DNA of 64,000 nt, from NCBI GenBank assembly GCA_049693615.1, contig JBAVQB010000034.1:31322-95321 (forward strand), given 5' to 3'. The notes below the pieces were generated by a model that did not search any database, had not been told where the DNA came from, and saw nothing but the letters and a program-made list of their open reading frames with translations. The position numbers and the translations under genes were made by a program. Source of the stretch: Candidatus Acidiferrales bacterium (GTDB taxonomy: Bacteria; Acidobacteriota; Terriglobia; Acidiferrales; UBA7541). How positions within the stretch are numbered: the stretch's first letter is position 1; each line of letters opens with the position of its first letter. Shown one piece after another: positions 27,264-37,190 of the stretch.

Positions 27264-27962
27264 CTACGCGGCGCTCTTGCCCATCACCACGTAGTGAAAA
27301 TTTCGGCTATCGACGAAACCAAGGCGGCGGTACAACTCGATCGCGCGCGTATTGTGCGGCCGAACACGCAGAAACGGAGTTTCGTTGCGGCTGCGAATCC
27401 GCCCAATCAGATCGACCATCAGCGCCGTGGCGTACCCGTGTCCCAGATGGTTCGGATGCGTGCACACCGCGCTGATCTCGGTGAACCCGGGCATGCGCAT
27501 ACTCTCGCCGGCCGTCGCCGCAAGCTGCCCTTCCCTTCTGACGCCGAGAAATTTTCCCAGTTCGTGCGTGCGCGACGCGAACGGCCCCGGCTTCGTCATC
27601 GTCGCCAGCGCCAGCATTTCGGGCGCGTCCGCTGCGGTCAGATCCACAAAATCAAGCTCTCGCGACGGCAATTCGCAATCTTCGTAGATCATTTGCAACA
27701 ACGGAGCTTGCTCCAGAATTTTGAACTCCGTCCATTCAATATCCCCGCGATCCGCAGCAGCCTCCGAGAAAATCGCGGCCCCGCTGCCCGCGTGCACCAG
27801 CCTAGCGAGCCCCGCGTAAGCTTCCCGCGTAGGCTCCGCGAACCCCGCGAACGGGCTAATCTCCGCCTGAAATTTTCGCGCCAGCCCGGAAATTTCGCCA
27901 AGATGCGCCTGGCTCGTCGTCAGGGCCGACCAAATCGGATTGTCGAGAGGATGCATGCCCAT
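27264..27962 (-). CDS. GNAT family N-acetyltransferase
   Basis: The C-terminal acetyl-CoA binding block is VCTHPNHLGHGYATALMVDLI...AIELYRRLGF. Confidence 0.7.
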   Translation of the reverse strand: MGMHPLDNPIWSALTTSQAHLGEISGLARKFQAEISPFAGFAEPTREAYAGLARLVHAGSGAAIFSEAAADRGDIEWTEFKILEQAPLLQMIYEDCELPSRELDFVDLTAADAPEMLALATMTKPGPFASRTHELGKFLGVRREGQLAATAGESMRMPGFTEISAVCTHPNHLGHGYATALMVDLIGRIRSRNETPFLRVRPHNTRAIELYRRLGFVDSRNFHYVVMGKSAA

Positions 27963-28133
27963 ATCGCAAATCTACCGCCGCACTCGCCGCGCAAGCCATC
28001 CGATTCTCGCGTCCAAACTTTTTTCAGTTCTACCAATTTGGACGCACTTATTTTCCAACGGGGATCAAACGAAAAACGGAAAAGTAAAACGTCAGCGGCT
28101 AACTTCGAATCAACGAAGGCTCGGCGCCCGCGC

Positions 28134-28253
28134 CTAGTCTATGACTGGGCCGGTGTGGAATTGCGTAACCGTTTCGGTCTTAACGTGGACTACCGGTTTA
28201 ACCTGAAGTTTCTTCTTCTTTACCGGCTTCATTATGAGTTTCTTTACGGCCAT
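28134..28253 (-). CDS. Possible 39-aa lysine-rich peptide
   Basis: AGGAG (28261-28265) lies 7 nt before ATG 28253. The peptide is MAVKKLIMKPVKKKKLQVKPVVHVKTETVTQFHTGPVID. It sits in a locally AT-richer patch between the ADOP permease and the GNAT gene. The ORF track lists a longer 68-aa form. Confidence 0.3.
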   Translation of the reverse strand: MAVKKLIMKPVKKKKLQVKPVVHVKTETVTQFHTGPVID

Positions 28254-28429
28254 CCGGAATCTCCTGAGCTCGCGAGCCGCAGCCTGGGCTTGAGTTTCGT
28301 ATTTTACCCAGACTATGGACCGGGACACAACACTCTTCACGCACTAATTAAAGAATTCTTTTCCCCGTCGATTAGACGCATCGCCGGAGGACGCTTGGCA
28401 AACCATGAAGTCGGCGACAAAAACACGCT

Positions 28430-30889
28430 TCACTCGTAGCGCAGGGCGACCATGGGGTCCACGCGCATGGCGCGACGCGCGGGAATATAGCACGCCGACA
28501 GCGCGACACCGGCGAGAACCACTGCGACTGCGGCGAACGTCAGCGGATCGGTCGCGCTCACTCCATAGAGGATGCGCGCCATCAGGCGCGTCAGCGCAAG
28601 CGCAGCCAAAACTCCTACGCCTACGCCCACCAGCGCCATCTTCGCTCCGTCGCCGAGAACCAGACGCATCACATCGCCGCGTTGCGCGCCGAGCGCGATC
28701 CGAATCCCAAACTCGCGCGTCTGTTGGCCCACCAGGTAGGAGACCACGCCATAGATCCCCATGCTCGAAAGCAGCAGCGCCAGTCCGGCGAAACTTCCCA
28801 GCAAGATCATCGAGAAGCGCTGGCCCGCGATCGAGCTGGAAATAATTTCGTCCATGGTCTGCGCGCCGGCGACAACCTGCTCGCTGTTGACTTGCTGCAC
28901 CGAGTGGCGAATCGTATCAAACAATCCGGGCTGCGGACCCTTCGAACGCACCACCGCTCCCATGCCCATGGGCGCGAGAGCCATGGTGGCGTCCGGCAAT
29001 TGCATGAACGGGAAATAGAGCTGCGACCGAAGACTTTCAGTGTCGTCGGTATCGAGTCCCCACTGCTTCACATGGCCCGCGACCCCGATAATGTCCACCG
29101 GAAATTCGGCCTGTCCTATTTCCAGGAACAGACGCTTGCCAATTGGATTCTCGTTACCGAAATATTTCTTTGCGAGCACTTCGTCCACAACGACTACCTT
29201 CGGAGCGTTTTCGTCATCCTGCGCGGTGAAAAAGCGGCCGCTGCGCAACGGCGTTTGCATTATTTTCAGGTAGTCGGGATCGACCACGTAATCGATCGCC
29301 CAGTTCATTTCATTTCGCGTTATCGGTTTGGGTTGGCCGTCCAGCCAGAAAAGCCATTCGTCGTCGCCGCTCATCGGGAAGGCGCCCCAGCTCATCGAGG
29401 CGGCTTCCACGCCGGGAGTGGACGCGATCGCCGCCTTCCCAGCGCGAAATCCAGCGCGGATCGCATCCGGGCTGGTCCTTAAAGAAGAAGGCGAAAGCGA
29501 GAAGCCAAAGAACATTACATTTTGCGGATTGAATCCGGGGTCGACACTCCACAGCTGAACCAGGCTGCGCAACGTGAGACCCGCACCTACCAGCAACACA
29601 AGAGCGAGCGCCATTTCCACCACCACCAGAATTCCATGCGCGCCTTTTCGCGCGCCGCTCGCGCCACGGCCACCCTCTTTCAAACAATCCTGCACATTTG
29701 TTCGCGAGATTTTCAGCGCGGGAGCGAGTCCGAAAAGAATTCCCGCCAGCAGCGCAATCGAACCAGTGAAGGCCAGCACGCGCAGATCGATCCCCACTTC
29801 ACCGGCGCGCGGCAAAGTTGCGGGCAAGGCTTTCAGAGCGGCATGGGTTCCCCAACCGGCGAGCAGCAATCCGCACGCGCCGCCCACGATCCCCAACAAC
29901 ATGCTTTCGGTCAAAAGCTGGCGAATCAAACGAGATTTGCCGGCGCCTAACGCGGCACGCACGGCAAACTCACGCGCACGTCCGCTGGCTCGCGCCAGCA
30001 GAAGATTGGCGATATTGGCGCAAGCAATCAGCAACACAAAACCTACGGCGCAGAAGAGCACCAGCAGAATTGGTTTCACGCCGCCGAGCATGCGCTGTTT
30101 GAACGGAATGAGCGCCGCTCCGATTCCTTTATTCACATCGGGGTAAGCAGCAGCAAGATTCCTGGTTACGCCGGCAAAATCAGCGCTGGCCTGCGCGAGC
30201 GAGGTGTCCGGCTTTAGCCGGCCTATTCCGTGAAAGGCGAGCCCCGCCCCGCGGTTGAACAGCAAATCATTGTTCCACTGTACTACCGGGGCATACACAT
30301 CGGACGGAACAAAGATGCCAAGATTCAGGTCGAAGTCCGACGGAATTACACCGACGATGGTGTACTCCTTTCCGTCGAGGGTTAGGTTTTTACCGACAAT
30401 GTCCGGCGCGCCACTGAGCTTTCGTTTCCAGAAGCCCGCGCTAATGATGGCGACGGGTGCGGCGCCGCGTTGATCGTCGGAGCTCACAAAGCTTCGGCCG
30501 ATTACAGGCTTCACGCCGAGTATCGAGAAGAAATCGGAGGTGACGTATTGTCCCGGGATTTGCTCCGCTTCGCCGAGGTTGGTCAGACTGAACGAATACG
30601 GGCGCGAAACGGCCATGGACGACAGCGTGTGATTTTCTTTCTGCCAATCCAGAAAGTTCGGATACGAAATGGAACCGGTGTTGAAATTCGGTTTGCTCTC
30701 GTGCAGGGTGATCAGTTGTTCGGGATGCGGATATGGGAGCGGGTTCAGCAGCACGCCGTTGATCACTGAGAAGAGCGCGGTGTTTGCTCCGATGGCGAGA
30801 GCCAGCGTGAGGACCGCGACAGCGGTGAACCCCGGCGATTTTGCCAGCATGCGAATCGCATAACGCAGATCCTGGAAAAGTTCGCTCAT
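28430..30889 (-). CDS. ADOP-type duplicated permease (MacB-like periplasmic core + FtsX, twice)
   Basis: GGGAGG SD before ATG 30889. The N-terminus MSELFQDLRYAIRMLAKSPGFTAVAVLTLALAIGANTALFSVINGVLL and the C-terminus PMVALRYE are hallmark ADOP/MacB-FtsX features. Two FtsX 4-TM halves are present. Confidence 0.85.
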   Translation of the reverse strand: MSELFQDLRYAIRMLAKSPGFTAVAVLTLALAIGANTALFSVINGVLLNPLPYPHPEQLITLHESKPNFNTGSISYPNFLDWQKENHTLSSMAVSRPYSFSLTNLGEAEQIPGQYVTSDFFSILGVKPVIGRSFVSSDDQRGAAPVAIISAGFWKRKLSGAPDIVGKNLTLDGKEYTIVGVIPSDFDLNLGIFVPSDVYAPVVQWNNDLLFNRGAGLAFHGIGRLKPDTSLAQASADFAGVTRNLAAAYPDVNKGIGAALIPFKQRMLGGVKPILLVLFCAVGFVLLIACANIANLLLARASGRAREFAVRAALGAGKSRLIRQLLTESMLLGIVGGACGLLLAGWGTHAALKALPATLPRAGEVGIDLRVLAFTGSIALLAGILFGLAPALKISRTNVQDCLKEGGRGASGARKGAHGILVVVEMALALVLLVGAGLTLRSLVQLWSVDPGFNPQNVMFFGFSLSPSSLRTSPDAIRAGFRAGKAAIASTPGVEAASMSWGAFPMSGDDEWLFWLDGQPKPITRNEMNWAIDYVVDPDYLKIMQTPLRSGRFFTAQDDENAPKVVVVDEVLAKKYFGNENPIGKRLFLEIGQAEFPVDIIGVAGHVKQWGLDTDDTESLRSQLYFPFMQLPDATMALAPMGMGAVVRSKGPQPGLFDTIRHSVQQVNSEQVVAGAQTMDEIISSSIAGQRFSMILLGSFAGLALLLSSMGIYGVVSYLVGQQTREFGIRIALGAQRGDVMRLVLGDGAKMALVGVGVGVLAALALTRLMARILYGVSATDPLTFAAVAVVLAGVALSACYIPARRAMRVDPMVALRYE

Positions 30890-31143
30890 GATCGCCTCCC
30901 GGATGTCTTGTTCTCGAACAGCGTTGCCTTTCGCGTGCGAGTGCAGCGTGCCTGCTTCGGCTAGCTGCACGTCTACAGGCACTACAAAATTCCCACCAAA
31001 GGAAAAGGCGGGAAGGTATGGGATCTGAACCCGTACCTTTTCTGCATACGGCGCAGAAAAAGTGCGGCAGCCTCAAAACCTATTCGGGCCGTGTCCTTCT
31101 GTAGGGGCGGCATTCGCGCCCTGCGCCTTTTCTTACAAGTATG

Positions 31144-31169
31144 AAAACTGCGCCCGCCTAAAGGCGGGC
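31144..31169 (-). terminator. Candidate intrinsic terminator after the upstream ADOP gene
   Basis: The minus strand reads GCCCGCC-TTTA-GGCGGGC followed by GCAGTTTTC. It lies 125 nt after the stop at 31294. Confidence 0.4.
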
Positions 31170-31293
31170 CGCTACAAATGCAGTCTCAAGGGCATGGCAC
31201 CCTCGCGAGTTTCCATCGCGCTGACACCGAAAGATGGTGCCGCGCGGACCGGCCAGCGGTCAGGCATTCCGACTCAACGCAAGCTGCATCGCG

Positions 31294-33744
31294 CTATTCG
31301 TAGCGCAGCGCGATGACTGGATCGACGCGCATGGCTCGGCGCGCGGGTATGTAACACGCCAGCAGCGCCACACAGGTGAGCACGACGGCTACGGCTGCGA
31401 AGGTCAACGGATCAGTTGCGCTCACGCGGTATAGCACGCCGGCCATCAATCGCGTTAAAAGCAGCGCGACAGCCAGCCCAATGCCTACACCGATCAGCGC
31501 GGTCCGGGCGCCTTCCCCGAGAACGAGAACCACCACATTTCTGCGTTGCGCGCCGAGGGCGATGCGGATGCCGATTTCGTGCGTGCGCTGGCCTACCAAA
31601 TACGAAAGCACGCCGTAGATTCCCATGCTTGAAAGCACCAGCGCCAACAGCGCGAATATTCCCAGCAGAACCATGGAAAAGCGCCTCTCGGACAGCGATT
31701 GCGATATCAGATCCTCGTAGCGATGCGGATTGAAGACTACTTCCCTGTTGTTCATTTCCGTCACTCTGTCGCGAATCGGTTGCACGAGCGAAAGCGGCGA
31801 AACTCCCGCGGCGCGGACCAGCACCCCAGTACTATTTCCGGCGCGCGACATAAATCTGTCGGGAATCTGCATATAGGGGATGTAAAACTGGTCATGCACG
31901 TTGATCTTATCGTCCAGCCCCCATTGCTTCACGTGCCCCACGACTCCGACGATCTCCATAGGCTTGTCCACGAACGGGTCCACGATGCTCTTGCCAATGG
32001 GATCTTCGTTGGGGAAATATTTCTCCGCCAGGTGTTCGTCGATTACGGTGACCAGCGGCGAGCTCTCGTTATCCTGCGCGGTGAAAAAACGGCCGCGTAT
32101 CAAAGGTATCTGCATCACTTTCAGATAGTCCGGTTCGACTTCGTACCAGCTTCCGTAGGGCATGTCACTTTCGCGTGCCGGTTTTGGGCGCCCTACAATC
32201 CAGAAAGGATCTTCGGAATCTCCGTACATGGGAATTCCGCCGCGTTGCATGGCCACCGCCTCAATTCCCGGAACCTGAGCGATCTCATCATGCAAGCGGC
32301 GAAGGTTGGCGCGTATTGCGTCGGGATTCTCGGCGGCAGTCCCTGGCGGCATGGCCACCTGGAAAAACAAGACGTTCTTGGGATTGAATCCGGGATTAAC
32401 GCTCCACAATTGCCCCAGGCTGCGCAGCATCAGACCGGCGCCAACCAGAAGCACCAGCGCCAGAGCCATTTCGACGATTACCAGGACACTTTGCGCGCGG
32501 CTGCGCGTGCCGCTCACAGTGCGCCCGCCTTCTTTCAAGGTATCCTGCAGGCGCGGCTTAATCAGACGGAGTGCTGGAGCGAGCCCAAAGAAGATTCCAG
32601 AGAGGACAGAAATCGCAATGGTGAAAATCAGAACGCGCGTGTCGAGCTGGATTTCTTCGGCACGCGGCAAGCCTTCCGGCAACAATCGGACAGCGCCTTG
32701 GGTGCCCCAACTGGCGATGAGCAGACCGACTGCGCCGCCGCAGAGCGACAACAGAACGCTCTCCGTCAGAAGCTGCCGGATCACGCGCAACTTGCCTGCG
32801 CCGAGCGCCGCGCGAATGGCGAACTCACGGGCGCGCTGCATGGAGCGCGCAAGCAAAAGATTGGCCACGTTCACACAGCCGATGAGGAGTACAAAAAATA
32901 CCGCGGCGAGCAGGACCAGCAGATACGGCCGCACGTCGCCAACAATCTTTTCCTTCAGCGGAACAACCGTTGCGCTGGTATTGGCGTCGACATCGGGATA
33001 GGTCTTCGCGAGATCCTGCGTCACGCGTTCCATGTCCGCGCGGGCTTGGTCCAGCGTGACGCCGGGCTTCATCCGGGCGACCGCGTTCATGCCCATGCCC
33101 ACGTCACGCTGATGGAATATCACATCTCTCCACTGGCCGATGGGAACGTAGATGTCGCTGGTGCGAAAATTCTGCATAAAGAGATGAAAGCCGGCGGGAA
33201 TCACGCCGACGATGGTGTAGTCCGTGCCGTCGAGAGTCATGGTCTTGCCCACGGCGTCGGGGGAAGCTCCAAACTTTGTCTTCCACATTCCCTCGCTGAT
33301 CATCACTTCCGGTTTCCCGCCGAGAACATCCTGCTGCGGATCAAAATCGCGGCCAATCAGTGGACTCACACCCAAGGTCGGAAAGAAATTGGCCGACACC
33401 ATCACTCCGTCGATTCGCTGACCTTCTCCGAGTCCGGTGAGGCTGAAATCGTCGGGGCGAAAAGCGGCCATGGATTGAAATGCCTGGTTCTCGCGTTGCC
33501 AATCGAGAAAGTTTGGATACGATATCGAGCTGTACACGAAGGCCTGTTTGTGTTGATACAGCGCTACCAGGCGATTGGCCTGCGGGAATCGCAGCGGCTC
33601 CAGCACAATTCCGTTTACGATGGAAAACAGCGCGGTGTTTGCGCCAATGCCCAGGGCCAAGGTGAGAATTGCGACGATGGTAAACCCCGGGCTTCGTAGC
33701 AGCACCCGCACGCCGAATTTCACATCATTCCAGAACGCTTCCAT
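31294..33744 (-). CDS. ADOP-type duplicated permease (MacB/FtsX), paralogue
   Basis: MEAFWNDVKFGVRVLLRSPGFTIVAILTLALGIGANTALFSIVNGIVL ... PVIALRYE. It is collinear with 28430..30889. Confidence 0.85.
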   Translation of the reverse strand: MEAFWNDVKFGVRVLLRSPGFTIVAILTLALGIGANTALFSIVNGIVLEPLRFPQANRLVALYQHKQAFVYSSISYPNFLDWQRENQAFQSMAAFRPDDFSLTGLGEGQRIDGVMVSANFFPTLGVSPLIGRDFDPQQDVLGGKPEVMISEGMWKTKFGASPDAVGKTMTLDGTDYTIVGVIPAGFHLFMQNFRTSDIYVPIGQWRDVIFHQRDVGMGMNAVARMKPGVTLDQARADMERVTQDLAKTYPDVDANTSATVVPLKEKIVGDVRPYLLVLLAAVFFVLLIGCVNVANLLLARSMQRAREFAIRAALGAGKLRVIRQLLTESVLLSLCGGAVGLLIASWGTQGAVRLLPEGLPRAEEIQLDTRVLIFTIAISVLSGIFFGLAPALRLIKPRLQDTLKEGGRTVSGTRSRAQSVLVIVEMALALVLLVGAGLMLRSLGQLWSVNPGFNPKNVLFFQVAMPPGTAAENPDAIRANLRRLHDEIAQVPGIEAVAMQRGGIPMYGDSEDPFWIVGRPKPARESDMPYGSWYEVEPDYLKVMQIPLIRGRFFTAQDNESSPLVTVIDEHLAEKYFPNEDPIGKSIVDPFVDKPMEIVGVVGHVKQWGLDDKINVHDQFYIPYMQIPDRFMSRAGNSTGVLVRAAGVSPLSLVQPIRDRVTEMNNREVVFNPHRYEDLISQSLSERRFSMVLLGIFALLALVLSSMGIYGVLSYLVGQRTHEIGIRIALGAQRRNVVVLVLGEGARTALIGVGIGLAVALLLTRLMAGVLYRVSATDPLTFAAVAVVLTCVALLACYIPARRAMRVDPVIALRYE

Positions 33745-34055
33745 CCCGCCTCCGCCCGCGGTGCCCTGTCCTTATATTGAGACGCGACCGCTATATCCAA
33801 AGACGCTGCCGTCAGAAGCTCAGGGCATTTCCGCTGCCGACTCTCTTCGTCAATTGAGCGCTTAAGGTTAACCGAGAGAACGACTTAGGCTGCGTTCTTC
33901 CAGACGAGTGCCAGCCACATGGTCGATTCTGGGATTCATTACCCGCATACGGTCACTCCGACAGACGTCCACGCTCAATCGTTGACAGTTTCTATCCCCC
34001 GTTTCCGCTATAGAGAATGAGGGAAATAACGTCCGTGCGGATAGGGGGACATCCC

Positions 34056-37000
34056 ATGAAATTCAAAGCCGGCTTGATTCTATTTCTGTGCGCGCTGATC
34101 GCCCCGTGCTTGGTTCACGCCCAGAAGCCAAATTCTAGCGATTGTAAGGTAGTTGGCACCGCGCCGATCTGCCTGTTCGATGCTTCTTACTGTCCTACGA
34201 CTACTGAGATCGCCTGCCAAATTGGCGCCGACGTGGACACTTTAGTTACGTACACCAACGCTGACGACGTGATCACTGGGGTGGTGAATCAGACCAGCGG
34301 CAGCACTACGGTCACCGGGCAAGATGGAATCAGCGTAGGCGTTACTTATATTAACGAATCGACAATGGATTCCTTCAATGGATGGTATTTCCCGGCAACG
34401 TTCAACGTGACGTCCACGGGGACGTACAACTTATCCGGCGGCACCCTTACAGCGGGATTCGAGACGATCAACGGGATCATGAACCAGAGCGGAACGACCG
34501 TAAACACGTTGCAAAGCAATCCAAACGGTTCGGCCGTTTACATTCATTGCATGGGACTAGGATCCGGGAACTGCACGACGATTGATGAAGAGCAAGGCAC
34601 CGTCGGGCAGCTGAATGTGGTAGGCATGGGCGCGCAGTACAACCTGGAGTCCGGCACGCTGAATGCGCCGACGCTGGTGCTTGATTCCGGTGCCGCTTTT
34701 ACGCAGACGGGTGGCGTGGCCGATGTTGTGGAAGGCCAAGCAGAAGACGAGACCATAACCACGCAGCCGAAGAGCGGGCTTTACGTCGGGTACAACGGGG
34801 CGGGAACTTATACCCTTTCCGGAACCACATCTGTCCTGAAAGTCGGCGGTGCCACCACAATCAATAGCACGAGCCAACTATTTCCCGGCTACGAATACAT
34901 CGGTTACAACGCCGGGAGCATCGGCACATTCAATCAGAGCGCCGGCACAAACATCCTGGGAGCGGCCAATGAAGTGCCGGGCTATCTGTATGTCGGGTAC
35001 AGTGGCACCGGCAACTACAATCTTTCTGGCGGCACGCTGGGCGGAAACTATCCAACGTACATATACATCGGGTATAACCCGGGAAGCGTGGGCACTTTCG
35101 ATCAAACGGGCGGCACTAACGGCGTAATTACGAGCGGCGATCCTTCCATCCTCTCGCTGTATGTCGGATACATGGGTACGGGCACCTACACCTTCGGGAA
35201 GACCGGCGGAAGCACCACGAGCGCAACCCTCTCGGCTTTTGAGGAGTTCATCGGCAGTCAGAACTTCGATTCTACAACCGACAGCTATGTCAACGGCGTG
35301 GGCACGTTCACCCAGAACGCCGGGACCAACAAAGTAGAAGAACTGTATGTAGGCTACCAGGGTGGAGTTGGCGCGACTGCTCTCGGGACATATAACCTCG
35401 TGGGCGGCTCCTTGACCAGTTTTGTTACGAGCGAAGGTGCGAGCGAAAACATCGGATTTGAAGGATATGGTGTGTTCAACCAGTCTGGTGGAAAAAATAA
35501 CGCGGAGAGCCTGATATTGGGAGAAGGAAACAGCACTTCTCCCGGGCTGGGTATCTACAATTTGTCTGGAACCGGGTCTCTGACGGTTTGCTGCAGTAAC
35601 GAAATTATTGGCCAGGGAACAGACACGGCCAATGCTTTCAACCAGTCAGGAGGAACGAATACCACTCTGTCGATCGTGATTGGAAATAGCGGCGAGGGAA
35701 CGTACAACCTGTCGAAGGGCACGCTCAAAGTTGGCAATCTGACTCTGGGAGAAGGTAGTGGCACGATCTCGGGCACATTCGTTCAGAGCGGTGGCACGGT
35801 GGACATGATTTTCACCCTGGATGGGTTCTCGGAGACCGGAACGCTGACCGTCGCACAAACGGGCACAGGGTCTTACGACCTTACTAAAGGCACCCTCAAT
35901 GCCGGGTATGAGTATATTGCTGAGGGCGAGGGTAGTGTCGGGACATTTACCCAAGCTAACGGTACGAATTCCATGGCAGCGAATGACATTCTGTACGTCG
36001 GTTACGGCGGCACGGGAACTTATAACATGACTGCCGGCACTGTGAAAGCCCATGAGGAAGTGGTTGGCGGCGGAAACGGCATCAACAGTGGAAACGGTAC
36101 GTTCACTGAAAAAGGTGGCACCAACACAATTACCGCATCGAGCAGCACCAACGGGAATCTGGAAATAGGTGACGTCGCGACAGGGACTTACGACCTCGAT
36201 GGTGGAAAGCTCACGGTCGTTTCTCTGACCATCAACTCCACGGGCACGCTGGTCGCGGACAAAACGGGATCGGCTGCGATTACCTTCACGATTTCAGGCA
36301 CTACAACGAACTATGGCGTGATGAGTTTTACGGATGCGAGCGCCTCGCTGGGTGCGTTCACGAATGACGGTTCGCTGGCGCTGAATGCGACTACGTCGAA
36401 GGCCGGTAAACTAACGCTGGGCGCTTACACGCAGGGGTCTGGCGGTACGCTTACGATTAACCTGGACGGCACGACCGCCGGGACAAATTATTACGCGCTG
36501 AATATATCCGGCGCGGCTACTTTGGGCGGCACTTTGGATTTGAGCACTGGCTTCGCGCCCGTGGTTGGCGACACGTGGGACATTGTGAACTACACGTCGG
36601 AGACGGGTAGCTTCGGCACTGTGGACCTTCCGACGGCTCCGGCGGGCGATCACTACGTATTTAGCTGCGGCGCGAAGGACTGTACTTTGACGTTGGACAG
36701 CGGCGCGGCTGTTGCCTCTGCGACAAAGGGTAAGGTGAGTGGTTCTCCGGCCAAGCGCGTTTCGAGAGGATTCGTCGGCAGCGCTTCGCCGGCCGGAGAG
36801 CAACAGCCTGTGGCGATTTTGTCCCGGGCCACTTGTTTTGGAGCGCGATTGCTGGCGTCGGCGTCTTGTGGAGTGGAGGTGAGTGCGCGTGGCGCGAGCG
36901 CCGACGATGCGCATGAGTCGGCATCGGCGAGCGCGGGCGACGAGGTTCACAATAACATTATGGTGGCTACGCGATCTATTTCGCTGGAGCGTCGCGGCGC

Positions 37001-37097
37001 ATCGCAAGGGGCGTCAGCTTCTGCGGCGGAGATGGCCAGACTCTACGTCTGCGCGTATTTGCCGGTCAGCGCCGAGCATAGCATGGGATGTAATTGA
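34056..37097 (+). CDS. Large secreted repeat protein (beta-helix/autotransporter-passenger-like repeats, no barrel)
   Basis: SD AGGGGGA upstream and signal MKFKAGLILFLCALIAPCLVHAQ. A bipartite unit repeats about 8-9 times: (LYVGY.G.GTYNLSGGTL) + (EYIGY..GS.GTF.Q.GGTN). The final block is GGTLDLSTGFAPVVGDTWDIVNY..GSFG. The last ~170 aa are low-complexity. Confidence 0.75.
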   Translation: MKFKAGLILFLCALIAPCLVHAQKPNSSDCKVVGTAPICLFDASYCPTTTEIACQIGADVDTLVTYTNADDVITGVVNQTSGSTTVTGQDGISVGVTYINESTMDSFNGWYFPATFNVTSTGTYNLSGGTLTAGFETINGIMNQSGTTVNTLQSNPNGSAVYIHCMGLGSGNCTTIDEEQGTVGQLNVVGMGAQYNLESGTLNAPTLVLDSGAAFTQTGGVADVVEGQAEDETITTQPKSGLYVGYNGAGTYTLSGTTSVLKVGGATTINSTSQLFPGYEYIGYNAGSIGTFNQSAGTNILGAANEVPGYLYVGYSGTGNYNLSGGTLGGNYPTYIYIGYNPGSVGTFDQTGGTNGVITSGDPSILSLYVGYMGTGTYTFGKTGGSTTSATLSAFEEFIGSQNFDSTTDSYVNGVGTFTQNAGTNKVEELYVGYQGGVGATALGTYNLVGGSLTSFVTSEGASENIGFEGYGVFNQSGGKNNAESLILGEGNSTSPGLGIYNLSGTGSLTVCCSNEIIGQGTDTANAFNQSGGTNTTLSIVIGNSGEGTYNLSKGTLKVGNLTLGEGSGTISGTFVQSGGTVDMIFTLDGFSETGTLTVAQTGTGSYDLTKGTLNAGYEYIAEGEGSVGTFTQANGTNSMAANDILYVGYGGTGTYNMTAGTVKAHEEVVGGGNGINSGNGTFTEKGGTNTITASSSTNGNLEIGDVATGTYDLDGGKLTVVSLTINSTGTLVADKTGSAAITFTISGTTTNYGVMSFTDASASLGAFTNDGSLALNATTSKAGKLTLGAYTQGSGGTLTINLDGTTAGTNYYALNISGAATLGGTLDLSTGFAPVVGDTWDIVNYTSETGSFGTVDLPTAPAGDHYVFSCGAKDCTLTLDSGAAVASATKGKVSGSPAKRVSRGFVGSASPAGEQQPVAILSRATCFGARLLASASCGVEVSARGASADDAHESASASAGDEVHNNIMVATRSISLERRGASQGASASAAEMARLYVCAYLPVSAEHSMGCN

Positions 37098-37190
37098 GGG
37101 CGCGCTGCGGCAGGATGCCGTGCTGAACCACGGCGCTATATTTGCGCCTAAGGCAATTCGCGGCGGTTCACGAGCGGCGATGGGCGGATT

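Noticed and set aside
27294-28439. 381-aa + strand ORF spanning the GNAT gene and the spacer
   Set aside because: It is antisense to the GNAT, which has a clear acetyl-CoA-binding block. The translation is dominated by Arg/Pro/Ser and has no start context.
31699-33699. 666-aa + strand ORF (the longest alternative ORF in the window); also 28682..29482 and 29574..30146
   Set aside because: These are antisense to the ADOP permease genes, whose N- and C-terminal hallmark sequences and TM organisation are unambiguous. Their composition is Arg/His/Gln-rich with no motifs. They are a GC-driven artefact.
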